From Candidatus Latescibacterota bacterium (lineage in GTDB: Bacteria > Krumholzibacteriota > Krumholzibacteriia > G020349025): a stretch of 64,000 nt of DNA. Positions 18,760 through 27,785 of this stretch are shown here, one piece after another. The stretch spans positions 2,377,673 through 2,441,672 of the forward strand of contig CP070763.1 in NCBI GenBank assembly GCA_020349025.1. The letters run 5' to 3'. The translations under genes were made by a program, and so were the position numbers. The first letter of the stretch is position 1, and every line of letters begins with the position of its first letter. The notes below the pieces were generated by a model. The model ran no database searches and was not told the origin of the DNA. It saw nothing but the letters and a program-made list of their open reading frames with translations.

Positions 18760-20601
18760 TTGCTGCTTCGAGCGGTCGCTCCAGGAAAACATGAACCGTG
18801 TCGCGGCGGGGTTGAGTTGCGGGAAGGGTCGCAGAGGCGAGCGGGAATCGAGCGGCGCGCGGCCGTGTCTCGAAAGGTGCGCGACGGCGCCCGAGGCGGG
18901 CAGCGCCAGGCGGCGACGGCTCGGCTGCGCAGCGACCAACGGGCGCGCACCCGCAGCCTTCCCCGCATTTGCATCGACAACATCGAGCCCGCGCCCCAGC
19001 GCACCGGATTGAAGCGACTCGTCGGCGACAGCCTGGAAGTCAGCAGCGACATCCTCTGCGACGGCGCCCCCGTTCTCGACGCATGTATCCGCTACAAGGT
19101 GCCCGGCGAGCCACGCTGGCGCTACGCGCCGCTGCGCCCGGCGCAAGAGCCGGAGCGCTGGTGTGGCGTGGTGCGGCTGCAGAGCGGTGGACTGCACCAA
19201 GTGGCCGTCGAAGCGTGGGTCGATCCGTTCGCCACCTGGCAGCGCGACCTGGCGGCGCTCCCCGACGACGATCCGAAGGCGCTCCTCGACGACGGGCGTG
19301 CGCTTCTGGAGCGAGCCGCCGCCCGCACGGCGGGGCTCGATCGCGAGTTCCTGGCGCAGCGGGCGCGCCAGCTCGAAACGGCGGAAGAGCCGCAGCGGAG
19401 CCGCCAGTTGGCACTCGACCCGCAGCTGGGCAAACGCATGCGCGTGCACGGCGACCGGCGCGAGCTGGTGCGCAGCGAGCCGCCGTTGCGCGTGACCGTC
19501 GACCGCAGACGAGCCGGTTTCGCGGCCTGGTGTGCATGCTCGCCCGAGGCGCCGCCCCAGAACGTGCGCATCGCGCTCGAGTCGGAGATCGAAGCGATCG
19601 CGGCAGCGGGGTTCGACGTTCTCTGTCTGCCGCGCGGTGCAACGCGCTCGAGCGCAGGCGGGCTTCCGGACGCGCGCCTCGCGACGCTGGCGCAGCGCGC
19701 GCGCCTTCTGGGTCTCGAGGTCGCTCTGGATCTGGGCACATGCGAGATCACGCCGCCCGCCCGAGCCGCGCAGGAGCCGGAGAGCTGGGCGCTGTGGCTC
19801 GATTCCATGCGCGCGTGGATCGAGCGTGGGATCGCCACCTTCCGGGTTGGCGCACCACACCTCAGGCCCTTTCCCTTCTGGTCGCAACTCCTGGAACGCC
19901 TGAAGAGGGAGCACCCGGAGGCCGTGATCCTCGCCGGGCGCTCACCCGAGAAGCACGCGCGCGCTCTGGCGCGGCTCGGCTTCTCGCAGACGGACCCTGG
20001 AGTGGAATGGAGCGCGGAGGCGCCTGCGCTGCGTCGCCGGCTCGAGCCGCTGTTTGGCGCCGGAAGCGTCGAGAGCATGCGTCCACACCTGCTCCTGGAG
20101 GCGTTCCAATCGACGCCGGGATCGTGCGCCGCCGCAGCAGCACGTGTTCAGCTTCTCCTCGCCGCCACGCTGTCCCCCCTCTACACGTTGCAGGTCGGGG
20201 ACGGGGGCTTCCGTGAGGTCGCAGGCGCGCTCGCGCAGGAAATCCGGCGCGTCAATCGCATGCGGCGCGAGAATCGCGCCCTGCAGCTGTTCACGAACGT
20301 TCGCTTCCTGCGCTCGGAAAACGAGCGCATTCTCTGCTTCTCGAAATCTTCACCGCATCATCGCAACGAGCTCGTGATCGCCGTCAACCTGGACACGCGA
20401 CAGGTGCAGGAAGGCACGGTCGAGGTCCCGCTCGATGCGCTCGGCTTGGGCCGCGAGCAGGAGTACGAGGTCGACGACCTGTGGAGCGGTCGGCGCTTCA
20501 CCTGGCGCGGCGAGCGCAACTTCGTGCGCCTCGATCCGCGACAGCAGCCGGGGCACGTCTTGCGTGTGGTTCGCGAGCGCGAGCTGGGGGTGTGTTTGTG
20601 A
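18760..20601 (+). CDS. GlgE-like (alpha-1,4-glucan:maltose-1-phosphate maltosyltransferase family, GH13_3) protein lacking catalytic residues. It is a probable pseudo-enzyme.
   Basis: The whole length aligns to GlgE (RICIDNIEP, DPFATWQRD, GFDVLCLP, LGLEVALDL, the C-terminal beta domain). GH13 region II reads FRVGAPH instead of FRVDNPH. Region III reads VILAGRSPE instead of VIFLAEAFT. The segment carrying the GH13 region-I-adjacent substrate loop (~30 aa) is missing. The start is uncertain: TTG 18760 or GTG 18865/18877. The stop TGA overlaps the treS GTG (GTGA). Confidence 0.7.
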   Translation: MLLRAVAPGKHEPCRGGVELREGSQRRAGIERRAAVSRKVRDGARGGQRQAATARLRSDQRARTRSLPRICIDNIEPAPQRTGLKRLVGDSLEVSSDILCDGAPVLDACIRYKVPGEPRWRYAPLRPAQEPERWCGVVRLQSGGLHQVAVEAWVDPFATWQRDLAALPDDDPKALLDDGRALLERAAARTAGLDREFLAQRARQLETAEEPQRSRQLALDPQLGKRMRVHGDRRELVRSEPPLRVTVDRRRAGFAAWCACSPEAPPQNVRIALESEIEAIAAAGFDVLCLPRGATRSSAGGLPDARLATLAQRARLLGLEVALDLGTCEITPPARAAQEPESWALWLDSMRAWIERGIATFRVGAPHLRPFPFWSQLLERLKREHPEAVILAGRSPEKHARALARLGFSQTDPGVEWSAEAPALRRRLEPLFGAGSVESMRPHLLLEAFQSTPGSCAAAAARVQLLLAATLSPLYTLQVGDGGFREVAGALAQEIRRVNRMRRENRALQLFTNVRFLRSENERILCFSKSSPHHRNELVIAVNLDTRQVQEGTVEVPLDALGLGREQEYEVDDLWSGRRFTWRGERNFVRLDPRQQPGHVLRVVRERELGVCL

Positions 20602-23600
20602 AGCCGCATTCGTTGTGGCACATGGACGCCATCATCTACGAGATGCACGTCAAGGCGTTCCGCGACAGCAATCGCGACGGCTTCGGCGACTTTCGCGGCC
20701 TCACCGAGAAGCTCGACTACCTCGAGCGGCTCGGGGTCAATTGCATCTGGTTGCTTCCCTTCTACCCCTCGCCACTGCGCGACGACGGCTACGACATCTC
20801 GCTGTACGAGGGGATTCACGAGAACTACGGCTCGTTGCGCGATTTCCGCCGCTTCGTCCGCGAAGCGCACCGTCGCGGGCTGCGTGTGATCACCGAGCTG
20901 GTGCTCAACCACACTTCAGATCAACATCCCTGGTTCCAGGCCGCACGTCGCGCCCAGCCTGGGTCGTCGAAGTGGAACTTCTACGTCTGGAGCGACACGG
21001 GCCAGAAGTACCCCGACGCGCGCGTCATCTTCGTCGATTCTGAGACGTCGAACTGGACCTGGGATCCGGTGGCGAAGTCGTACTTCTGGCATCGCTTCTT
21101 CCACCACCAGCCGGATCTCAACTTCGACAACCCGGCCGTGGTGCGCGCCATCATCAAGGTGATGCGTTTTTGGCTCGACCTGGGCGTCGACGGGCTCCGG
21201 CTTGACGCCGTGCCCTATCTGGTGGAGCGCGAGGGCACGCACTGCGAGAACCTCGAGGAGACGCATGCAATCTTGAAGAGGCTCCGGCATGAGCTCGACG
21301 CGCACTACGAGGACAAGATCTTCCTGGCCGAGGCCAACCAGTGGCCGGCCGACGTGCGACCCTACTTCGGGGCGGGCGACGAATGCCACATCGCCTACCA
21401 CTTCCCCGTGATGCCACGCATGTTCATGGCTCTGCGGCAGGAGGACCGCCATCCGATCGTGGAGATCCTGGCACAGACGCCAGAGATCCCGGACAACTGC
21501 CAGTGGGCTCTGTTCCTGCGCAACCATGACGAGCTGACGCTCGAGATGGTGACCGACGAGGAACGCGACTACATGTACGGCGAGTACGCCAAGGACCCTC
21601 TCATGCGCCTGAACGTCGGCATCCGCCGGCGCCTCATGCCGTTGCTCGATGGCAACCGCAGGCAGTACGAGCTGCTGCACTCCATGTTGATGTCGCTCAA
21701 GGGCACTCCCGTCATCTATTACGGTGACGAGCTGGGGATGGGGGACAACATCTACCTGGGGGACCGCGACGGTGTGCGGACGCCGATGCAGTGGACGGGG
21801 GATCGCAACGCCGGCTTCTCCGAAACGGACGCCGCCCGGCTCTACAGCCCGGTGATTTCCGACCCGGTTTTCGGCTACCAGGCGGTCAACGTCGAGGCGC
21901 AGGAACGTCTGAGCACGTCGCTGCTGTCGTGGATGCAAAGCCTCATTCGGGTGCGCAAACAGAGCAAGGCATTCGGTCGTGGCAGCTTGCGCGTCCTCGA
22001 GCCGGAGAACCGCAAGGTCTTCGTCTACCTGCGCGAGTACCGCGACGAGACCCTGCTCATCGTCAACAACCTGTCGCGCCAGGCGCAAGCGGTCGAGATC
22101 GACCTGCAGGAGTTCGCCGATCGGGTGCCCGTGGAGCTCTTCGGCAACAGCGCTTTTCCCGCCGTCGGCGAGCTTCCCTACCTCCTGACCTTGGGGCCGT
22201 ACGGCTTCTACTGGTTTCGCCTGGCTCGCGCGGGGGAGCGACCGCAGCTACCGCCGCGCATCGTGCCGCGCGTCCAGGAGGACGTGCCGGTGCTGACGCT
22301 GGCGGGTCCACGCTCCGATGCAACCTCGGCTCCGGTGCTCGAAGCGCTGGAGAGCTCCGTGCTCATCCGCTTCCTGCTCGAACAGCCGTGGTTCGACGGC
22401 TCTGTACGAACCCCGCGCTCCGCACGCGTCGTGGAGGTCATCCCGTTGGCAGGGGAATGCGCCGTGTTCGCGCGCCTGGATGTGCGCTTCAGCGACGCGC
22501 TCCACGAGTCGTACCTGGTCGTGTTCATGGCTGCCGAGAACGCACCGGAATCGGCGATCGTCGCCGGCGCCGTGCTGGCGCAGCTGCGCTGTCGGGAGGG
22601 TGATGGGTTTCTCTTCGATGCCGCACACGACGCGCGCTTCCAAGCTCGTCTGCTGGAGATCGTGCGTGCAGAGCCGGAGATTGCGTCGGAGGATGGCGCC
22701 CGGATTCGCATCCGTGTCAGCGCGGGAGGACTCGATCTTCCAGAGCAGGTGGGCGCGCGTCTGCTCGACGACGAGCCCGTCGAGGGCAGCCCACCTCTCG
22801 AGAGCGCCGGCGAGGCGGTTGCGAGCGACGCACGTCGTGCGCCGGAGGCGGCGGGCGCCGGAGTCGTGCCGCAGCGCCTCGGTGCGCACGGCGAGCCGGA
22901 GCAGTCCGAGGTGCCGGAATGGGGTCCCGGCGACGGGACGCCGGTGCTCCCGCGTTTCCGTCGTCGCTCGCAGACGTCGATCGTGTACGGCGAGCGCTTG
23001 CTCCTGAAGCTGTACCGCAGACTGGAGCCGGGATCGCACCCGGAAGTGGAGATGCTGGAGATCCTGGGCAAACGGCCGGCGTTCTCACCGGTGCCGCCCC
23101 TCGTGGCGCGCCTCACTCTGGAGAGCGGGGACGCAACATTCGCGGTGGGCGTGCTGCGACGTTTCGTTCCCGACGTGGCCCCTCTCTGGTCCATGGCACG
23201 GCGCGATCTCGACGAACACCTGCTCACCGAACGCGTGCCGCAGCGGAAGGACGGCTTCGTCGACACGGCGGCGCGTCTTGGCGGCTTGACTCGGCGCCTG
23301 CACGAGACGTTGGCGGAGCGCTTCGCTGCAACGTCGGACGCCGCGCGTCCCGCGAATCGTTCCGATCTCGAGCAATGGGGGCGTCGCGTCCGCCGCCTGG
23401 TCACCCACACCTTGCACGAGCTGAACGCCAGCTGTGACGACGGCGCGCTCCCGGCCAAACTGTACCGCGACGCACGCGCGGTCGTGAACCGGAGCACGAA
23501 GGCGGCCGATCGCGTCGATCATTTGATCTCCAGCTTTGGTGCACAGCTGGGGATCGTCACGCGCGTGCACGGTCGCTATCGACTGCAGGACGTTCTGCGC

Positions 23601-24014
23601 ACACCGGATGGGGGACTGATGGTCGTCGGCTTCGAGGGAGACCCTGCGCTCCTCTTCGGCGAACGCCGACGTTTGGAGAGCCCGCTACGCGACGCGGCCA
23701 GCATGCTGCGTTCGTTCGCCTACGTGGCCACCGAAGCGGTCGGGATGCACGTCGATCCGGCGACACGGCGTCGCGCCGAGGAGCGCGCCGACCAGTGGGA
23801 GCGCAGCGCCAGGACGGCGTTTCTTCGCGGCTACATGGGAGAGCGCCGCGCCGCACCCTCGCCGGTCCTCCCGCCGCGTCGCGACGCTGTCTCAAAGCTC
23901 CTCACCCTCTTCGAGATCGAGGCCCTCTTCCGTGAGCTGCACGATCAGATCGTGCACGACCCGGAGCGCGTCGGTCTGCCCCTCAAGCGAATTCGCACGC
24001 TTCTCGACCTTTGA
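20598..24014 (+). CDS. treS: Trehalose synthase (maltose alpha-D-glucosyltransferase) fused to a C-terminal maltokinase-like (Mak/Pep2) domain.
   Basis: The four GH13 regions are intact: VLNHTS, GLRLDAVPYL, FLAEANQWP and FLRNHDELTLEMV. TreS-specific stretches are present (FHHQPDLN, GDNIYLGDRDGVRTPMQW). The ~540 C-terminal residues have a Mak-like fold. The Mak catalytic loop reads HGRYRLQD (consensus HGDxHxxQ/N) and the DFE motif reads GFEGDP. GTG 20598 (VKPHSLWHMDAIIYE) overlaps the upstream stop. Confidence 0.85.
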   Translation: MKPHSLWHMDAIIYEMHVKAFRDSNRDGFGDFRGLTEKLDYLERLGVNCIWLLPFYPSPLRDDGYDISLYEGIHENYGSLRDFRRFVREAHRRGLRVITELVLNHTSDQHPWFQAARRAQPGSSKWNFYVWSDTGQKYPDARVIFVDSETSNWTWDPVAKSYFWHRFFHHQPDLNFDNPAVVRAIIKVMRFWLDLGVDGLRLDAVPYLVEREGTHCENLEETHAILKRLRHELDAHYEDKIFLAEANQWPADVRPYFGAGDECHIAYHFPVMPRMFMALRQEDRHPIVEILAQTPEIPDNCQWALFLRNHDELTLEMVTDEERDYMYGEYAKDPLMRLNVGIRRRLMPLLDGNRRQYELLHSMLMSLKGTPVIYYGDELGMGDNIYLGDRDGVRTPMQWTGDRNAGFSETDAARLYSPVISDPVFGYQAVNVEAQERLSTSLLSWMQSLIRVRKQSKAFGRGSLRVLEPENRKVFVYLREYRDETLLIVNNLSRQAQAVEIDLQEFADRVPVELFGNSAFPAVGELPYLLTLGPYGFYWFRLARAGERPQLPPRIVPRVQEDVPVLTLAGPRSDATSAPVLEALESSVLIRFLLEQPWFDGSVRTPRSARVVEVIPLAGECAVFARLDVRFSDALHESYLVVFMAAENAPESAIVAGAVLAQLRCREGDGFLFDAAHDARFQARLLEIVRAEPEIASEDGARIRIRVSAGGLDLPEQVGARLLDDEPVEGSPPLESAGEAVASDARRAPEAAGAGVVPQRLGAHGEPEQSEVPEWGPGDGTPVLPRFRRRSQTSIVYGERLLLKLYRRLEPGSHPEVEMLEILGKRPAFSPVPPLVARLTLESGDATFAVGVLRRFVPDVAPLWSMARRDLDEHLLTERVPQRKDGFVDTAARLGGLTRRLHETLAERFAATSDAARPANRSDLEQWGRRVRRLVTHTLHELNASCDDGALPAKLYRDARAVVNRSTKAADRVDHLISSFGAQLGIVTRVHGRYRLQDVLRTPDGGLMVVGFEGDPALLFGERRRLESPLRDAASMLRSFAYVATEAVGMHVDPATRRRAEERADQWERSARTAFLRGYMGERRAAPSPVLPPRRDAVSKLLTLFEIEALFRELHDQIVHDPERVGLPLKRIRTLLDL

Positions 24015-24074
24015 GCCGTGGAGCGCGGCCGAAGGTTCTCGACGCCGCTGCGGCTGGCATTCTAGGATGGCGTC

Positions 24075-24845
24075 ATGACGCCGACTCCTGTACCGGATGT
24101 TCATTGCCACCTGGATCAGCTCGCCGATCCGGAGCGCGCGGTGGAGGAAGCGCTGGAAGCGGGAGTCACTCCCATCCTCGCCGTCGGCATGGAGCAAGCT
24201 TCGAGCGAGCGCGCTCTCGAGCTGCGCGAGAAATACCCGGCTGCTTTGCGCGTCGCGGTGGGGTTGCACCCGAGCGAGATCCCGAGTCTCGAGGCGGAGG
24301 AGCTGCGCGCCGAGCTCGCCTTCGTCGAGCAGACGCTGCGCGATGCGGATGCGCTCGGCGAAGTGGGGCTCGACTACCGCGACGCGGTCGACGAAGAGCA
24401 GCGCCAGCGGCAGCGTCAGGCGTTGCGGCAACAGCTGGAGTGGGCGGAGCATGAGCGCAAGCCATTGAGCATGCACTGCCGCCGAGCGGAGCACGAAATC
24501 GTCGATCTCGCCACGCAGTTCGTGCAACGCACCGCACTCGGCGTCAACCTGCACTGGTTCACGCACTCGGAGAAGCTGGCCCACGTCTGCGGCGAGAAGG
24601 GCATCTACATCTCGCCAGGACCCTCGATCCTGTCGAGCGAACCGCAAGCGAGCGTCGCACGCAGCATCGTTCCGGGCTACCTCCTCGTGGAAACGGACAG
24701 CCCGGTCGAGTTTGGCGGCGAGCCGGCGCGCCCAGCTTGGGCTCGAAAGGTGGCGCAGGCGCTCGCCGACCTCCGCGGCGAGTCTCTCGAGTCGCTGGCG
24801 CAGCGGCTGCAGGAGAATGTCGAGCGCTACCTGCGATCCACCTGA
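24075..24845 (+). CDS. tatD: TatD family metal-dependent hydrolase (DNase).
   Basis: DVHCHLD, GLHP, GEVGLDY, MHCR and LLVETDSP give the characteristic TatD metal-ligand pattern. The protein is 256 aa. Confidence 0.85.
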   Translation: MTPTPVPDVHCHLDQLADPERAVEEALEAGVTPILAVGMEQASSERALELREKYPAALRVAVGLHPSEIPSLEAEELRAELAFVEQTLRDADALGEVGLDYRDAVDEEQRQRQRQALRQQLEWAEHERKPLSMHCRRAEHEIVDLATQFVQRTALGVNLHWFTHSEKLAHVCGEKGIYISPGPSILSSEPQASVARSIVPGYLLVETDSPVEFGGEPARPAWARKVAQALADLRGESLESLAQRLQENVERYLRST

Positions 24846-27154
24846 TCGACGAGCCGACGCAGTCGCTCGGCGAGCAGCGTGTTGCGCTCGAGACCACGCT
24901 CGTTGCGCAGTGCCGTGGAGAGAGCGCGTCGTTCCCCCACCACCACGATCTGTCGGCGTGCGCGCGTGACCGCCGTGTACAGGAGGTTGCGCTGCAACAT
25001 GAGATGGTGCTGGGAGTGCAGGACCAGCACGACGACCGGATACTCGCTCCCCTGCGACTTGTGCACGGTGCAGGCGTACGCCAGGCTGAGCTCGTCGAGA
25101 TCGGCGAAGCCGTAGTGCAGACTGCGGTCGTCGAAGCGCACGCGGGCTGCCTGCTCGTTGTCGTCGACAGCCTCGACGCACCCGATGTCGCCGTTGAACA
25201 CCTCGAGAGCGTAGTTGTTGCGCACCTGCATCACCTTGTCGCCGACGCGCATCCCGGTCGCACCCAGCGGCTCGCCGTTCGGGTTGAGCAGGTGTTGGAG
25301 CTCGGGGTTGAGGGCGAGCGTCCCCAGGTTGCTGCGATTCATCGGTGACAACACTTGCACGTCACGGCGCGGGTCGACCCCCAACGCTTGAGGCAGGCGC
25401 TCGCACACCAGAAGGCTCACGGTGTCGAGAATCTCCTGGGGGAGTCGCCGTTCGACGAAGACGAAGTCGGCGCGTTCGCCCGCTGGCGGAATGCGCGGCG
25501 GCTGCCCCCGACGGATGAGGTGGGCATTGTGGACGATGAGACCGCGCTCGTCCTGGCGGAAGATCTCGCTGAGGCGCACGCAGTCGACGACGTCGGAGTC
25601 GATGATGTCGGCGAGGACGGCGCCCGGTCCCACGGAGGGCAGCTGATCCACGTCTCCGACCAGGACGAGGCGCGCTCCGGAGCGAATCGCCTGCAACAGG
25701 TGATACATCAGGGGCAGATCGACCATCGAGGTCTCGTCGACGACGAAAACGTCGGCGTCGAGCGGCGTCCTGGCGTCGCGCTGGAATCGATGCTGATGCG
25801 GGCTCCATTCGAGGAGACGGTGCAGAGTCACGGCTTCGCGTCCCGCGGCCTCTGCCAGGCGCCGCGCCGCGCGTCCGGTCGGGGCCGCGAGGACGACGCG
25901 CTGGCGTCGCCCCAGGATCCTGATCAGTGCGCGGACGAGAGTCGTCTTCCCCGTGCCGGGTCCACCCGTGATCACGAGCACGCGCGAGACGAGAGCGCGC
26001 TCGACCGCTCGGCGCTGGCCCTCCGAAAGCTGCACACCCTCGCGGCCTTCGAACGCCGCGATCGCGCGGCGCGCGTCGATTCCGGCGAGGCTCCCCGCGC
26101 CACGCAGACGCACGAGCGCTCGTGCACATTCCACTTCCATGTCGCGGATCCGGCGTGTGTAGAGCGGTGCGAATTCATGGCTCGGCTCGGTCGCCAGATG
26201 TGCATGCGCCAGGAGACGATCGATGGCGACATCGACCTGCGCCGGCGCCAGGCGCTGCGTCTGCACCGGTTCCGGGTGGCGCTGCGGCTGTTCCGGATGC
26301 AAAAGCTTGAGCGCGCGCGCGCGCAGGCGCCGCCGCGGCAGAAAGCAGTGGCCGTCGTTGAGAGCTTCTTCGAGGACGTGTCGGACGCCCGCCTCTAGAC
26401 GGCGCGGTGCGTCCGCCTCCAGGCCCAGCGCTTTCGCGATCCGGTCGGCGCTTCGGAAGCCGATTCCAACGATGTCGTGAGCGAGCCGATACGGGTTCTC
26501 GGTGACGCTCGCAATCGCACGCGCCCCGTAGGTCCGGAAGATCCGCAAGGCGTGCGCGGTGCCGATATCGTGACGCTGCAGGAACACCATGACGTCTTTG
26601 ATGTCACGTTGCTCACGCCACGCCTTGCGAATGGCCGCAGCGCGTTTGCGCCCGAGACCCGGCACCTCGCGCAGCCGCTGCGGCTCTTCGTCGAGAACAC
26701 GCAACGTCTCGGCACCGAACTTCTCGACGATGCGTTCGGCGGTCACCCGTCCCACGCCGGAGACCAATCCGGAAGCGAGGTACTTGCGGATTCCCTCGAG
26801 CGTCGACGGGTGCGTGCTGCGGAAGGAGGTGACGCGGAACTGCCGTCCGTAGCGGCGATCCTCCTCCCAGGTGCCCTGCAGCTGCAGGGTTTCGCCGGGT
26901 CGGACACCGGCCAGGTTGCCCACGATGGTGAGCGGTTGGGCGACACCCTCGACGCGGAGTCGTGCCACGCTCCAGCCACTGCCGGGATTGTTGAACACGA
27001 GGCGTTCGAGCGTGCCCTCGAGCGTGGCACCGCTGGACCGAGAGAAGAGATCTGTCGACAACGGATAGGCTCCACGGGAGATCCGGGGGAGGCAGGTGAG
27101 CGGATCACCGGCGCTCGCAACGTCATGATGCCGCCTGCATCGTCGAGCGGTCAA
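24827..27154 (-). CDS. recD2: RecD2-like SF1 ATP-dependent DNA helicase (RecD/TraA family).
   Basis: Walker A ITGGPGTGKTT is present, with helicase motifs VVDETSMVD, VLVGDVDQLPSVGPG and TVHKSQGSEYP. The N-terminal OB/HhH region (LEGTLERLVFNN...) is typical of RecD2. The start may be an internal TTG about 90 nt downstream of 27154. Confidence 0.85.
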   Translation of the reverse strand: MTARRCRRHHDVASAGDPLTCLPRISRGAYPLSTDLFSRSSGATLEGTLERLVFNNPGSGWSVARLRVEGVAQPLTIVGNLAGVRPGETLQLQGTWEEDRRYGRQFRVTSFRSTHPSTLEGIRKYLASGLVSGVGRVTAERIVEKFGAETLRVLDEEPQRLREVPGLGRKRAAAIRKAWREQRDIKDVMVFLQRHDIGTAHALRIFRTYGARAIASVTENPYRLAHDIVGIGFRSADRIAKALGLEADAPRRLEAGVRHVLEEALNDGHCFLPRRRLRARALKLLHPEQPQRHPEPVQTQRLAPAQVDVAIDRLLAHAHLATEPSHEFAPLYTRRIRDMEVECARALVRLRGAGSLAGIDARRAIAAFEGREGVQLSEGQRRAVERALVSRVLVITGGPGTGKTTLVRALIRILGRRQRVVLAAPTGRAARRLAEAAGREAVTLHRLLEWSPHQHRFQRDARTPLDADVFVVDETSMVDLPLMYHLLQAIRSGARLVLVGDVDQLPSVGPGAVLADIIDSDVVDCVRLSEIFRQDERGLIVHNAHLIRRGQPPRIPPAGERADFVFVERRLPQEILDTVSLLVCERLPQALGVDPRRDVQVLSPMNRSNLGTLALNPELQHLLNPNGEPLGATGMRVGDKVMQVRNNYALEVFNGDIGCVEAVDDNEQAARVRFDDRSLHYGFADLDELSLAYACTVHKSQGSEYPVVVLVLHSQHHLMLQRNLLYTAVTRARRQIVVVGERRALSTALRNERGLERNTLLAERLRRLVDQVDRR

Positions 27155-27218
27155 CCGCGGTGCGCCCGCCTCCGCGTGCTACCCTGGCGGTTGCGGCGCG
27201 CTCCACCGGAGATCTTGC

Positions 27219-27785
27219 ATGCACGAGGCCCGCTTCTGGATCATCGCGGCGTTGGCGGCGCTGGCCCTGCTGGCGTTCCTTCTCCTGCGCCGCGTCTCAC
27301 CGCGCTGGCTGCTTCCGGGGGCCGTCGTCCTGGGCCTGGCGACTGCGCTCGGGGTCCGTAGCGATTCGCTGGCGGAGCTGACGCAGGAACGTCTGACCCA
27401 AGCGCGCGAACGCTGGTCGCGACATGCGCCCGCCGACTACGTACTCGAGTTGCAAGTTCACGCCGACCGGCTCGAGAACGCGCACTTCCACCTCCGAGTA
27501 CGCGACGGGGAGGTGTTGGAAGCGCTGCAGAACGGCAGCGTCCGCGCCGCCCGCGCCGACGCCTACACGGTCGCCGGTCTCTTCGACATCCTCGAGCGCG
27601 AGCTCGAGCTGGCGCTCGATCCGAGTTCCGGTTTCGGTGCACCGGCGGGATACCGCGCCTATCTCAAGGCGCGGTTCGACCCCGACTACGGCTACCCGCT
27701 ACGCTACCGGCGCAGCGTCGGAGGCACCAGCAACGCCGTCGAGATCACCGTGCTTCGTTTCGTGCCTGAGTTTGAGGCGGACTAG
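27219..27785 (+). CDS. Hypothetical membrane-anchored protein (DUF6174-like?).
   Basis: The N-terminal TM segment is FWIIAALAALALLAFLLL. The conserved-looking core is YVLELQVHADRL...VRDGEV...FDPDYGYPLRYRRSV. It converges on, and overlaps by 4 nt, the radical SAM gene. Confidence 0.5.
   Translation: MHEARFWIIAALAALALLAFLLLRRVSPRWLLPGAVVLGLATALGVRSDSLAELTQERLTQARERWSRHAPADYVLELQVHADRLENAHFHLRVRDGEVLEALQNGSVRAARADAYTVAGLFDILERELELALDPSSGFGAPAGYRAYLKARFDPDYGYPLRYRRSVGGTSNAVEITVLRFVPEFEAD

Noticed and set aside
20916-22088. 390-aa minus-strand ORF inside treS.
   Set aside because: It is antisense to the motif-rich TreS coding sequence. It is a GC-rich shadow ORF.
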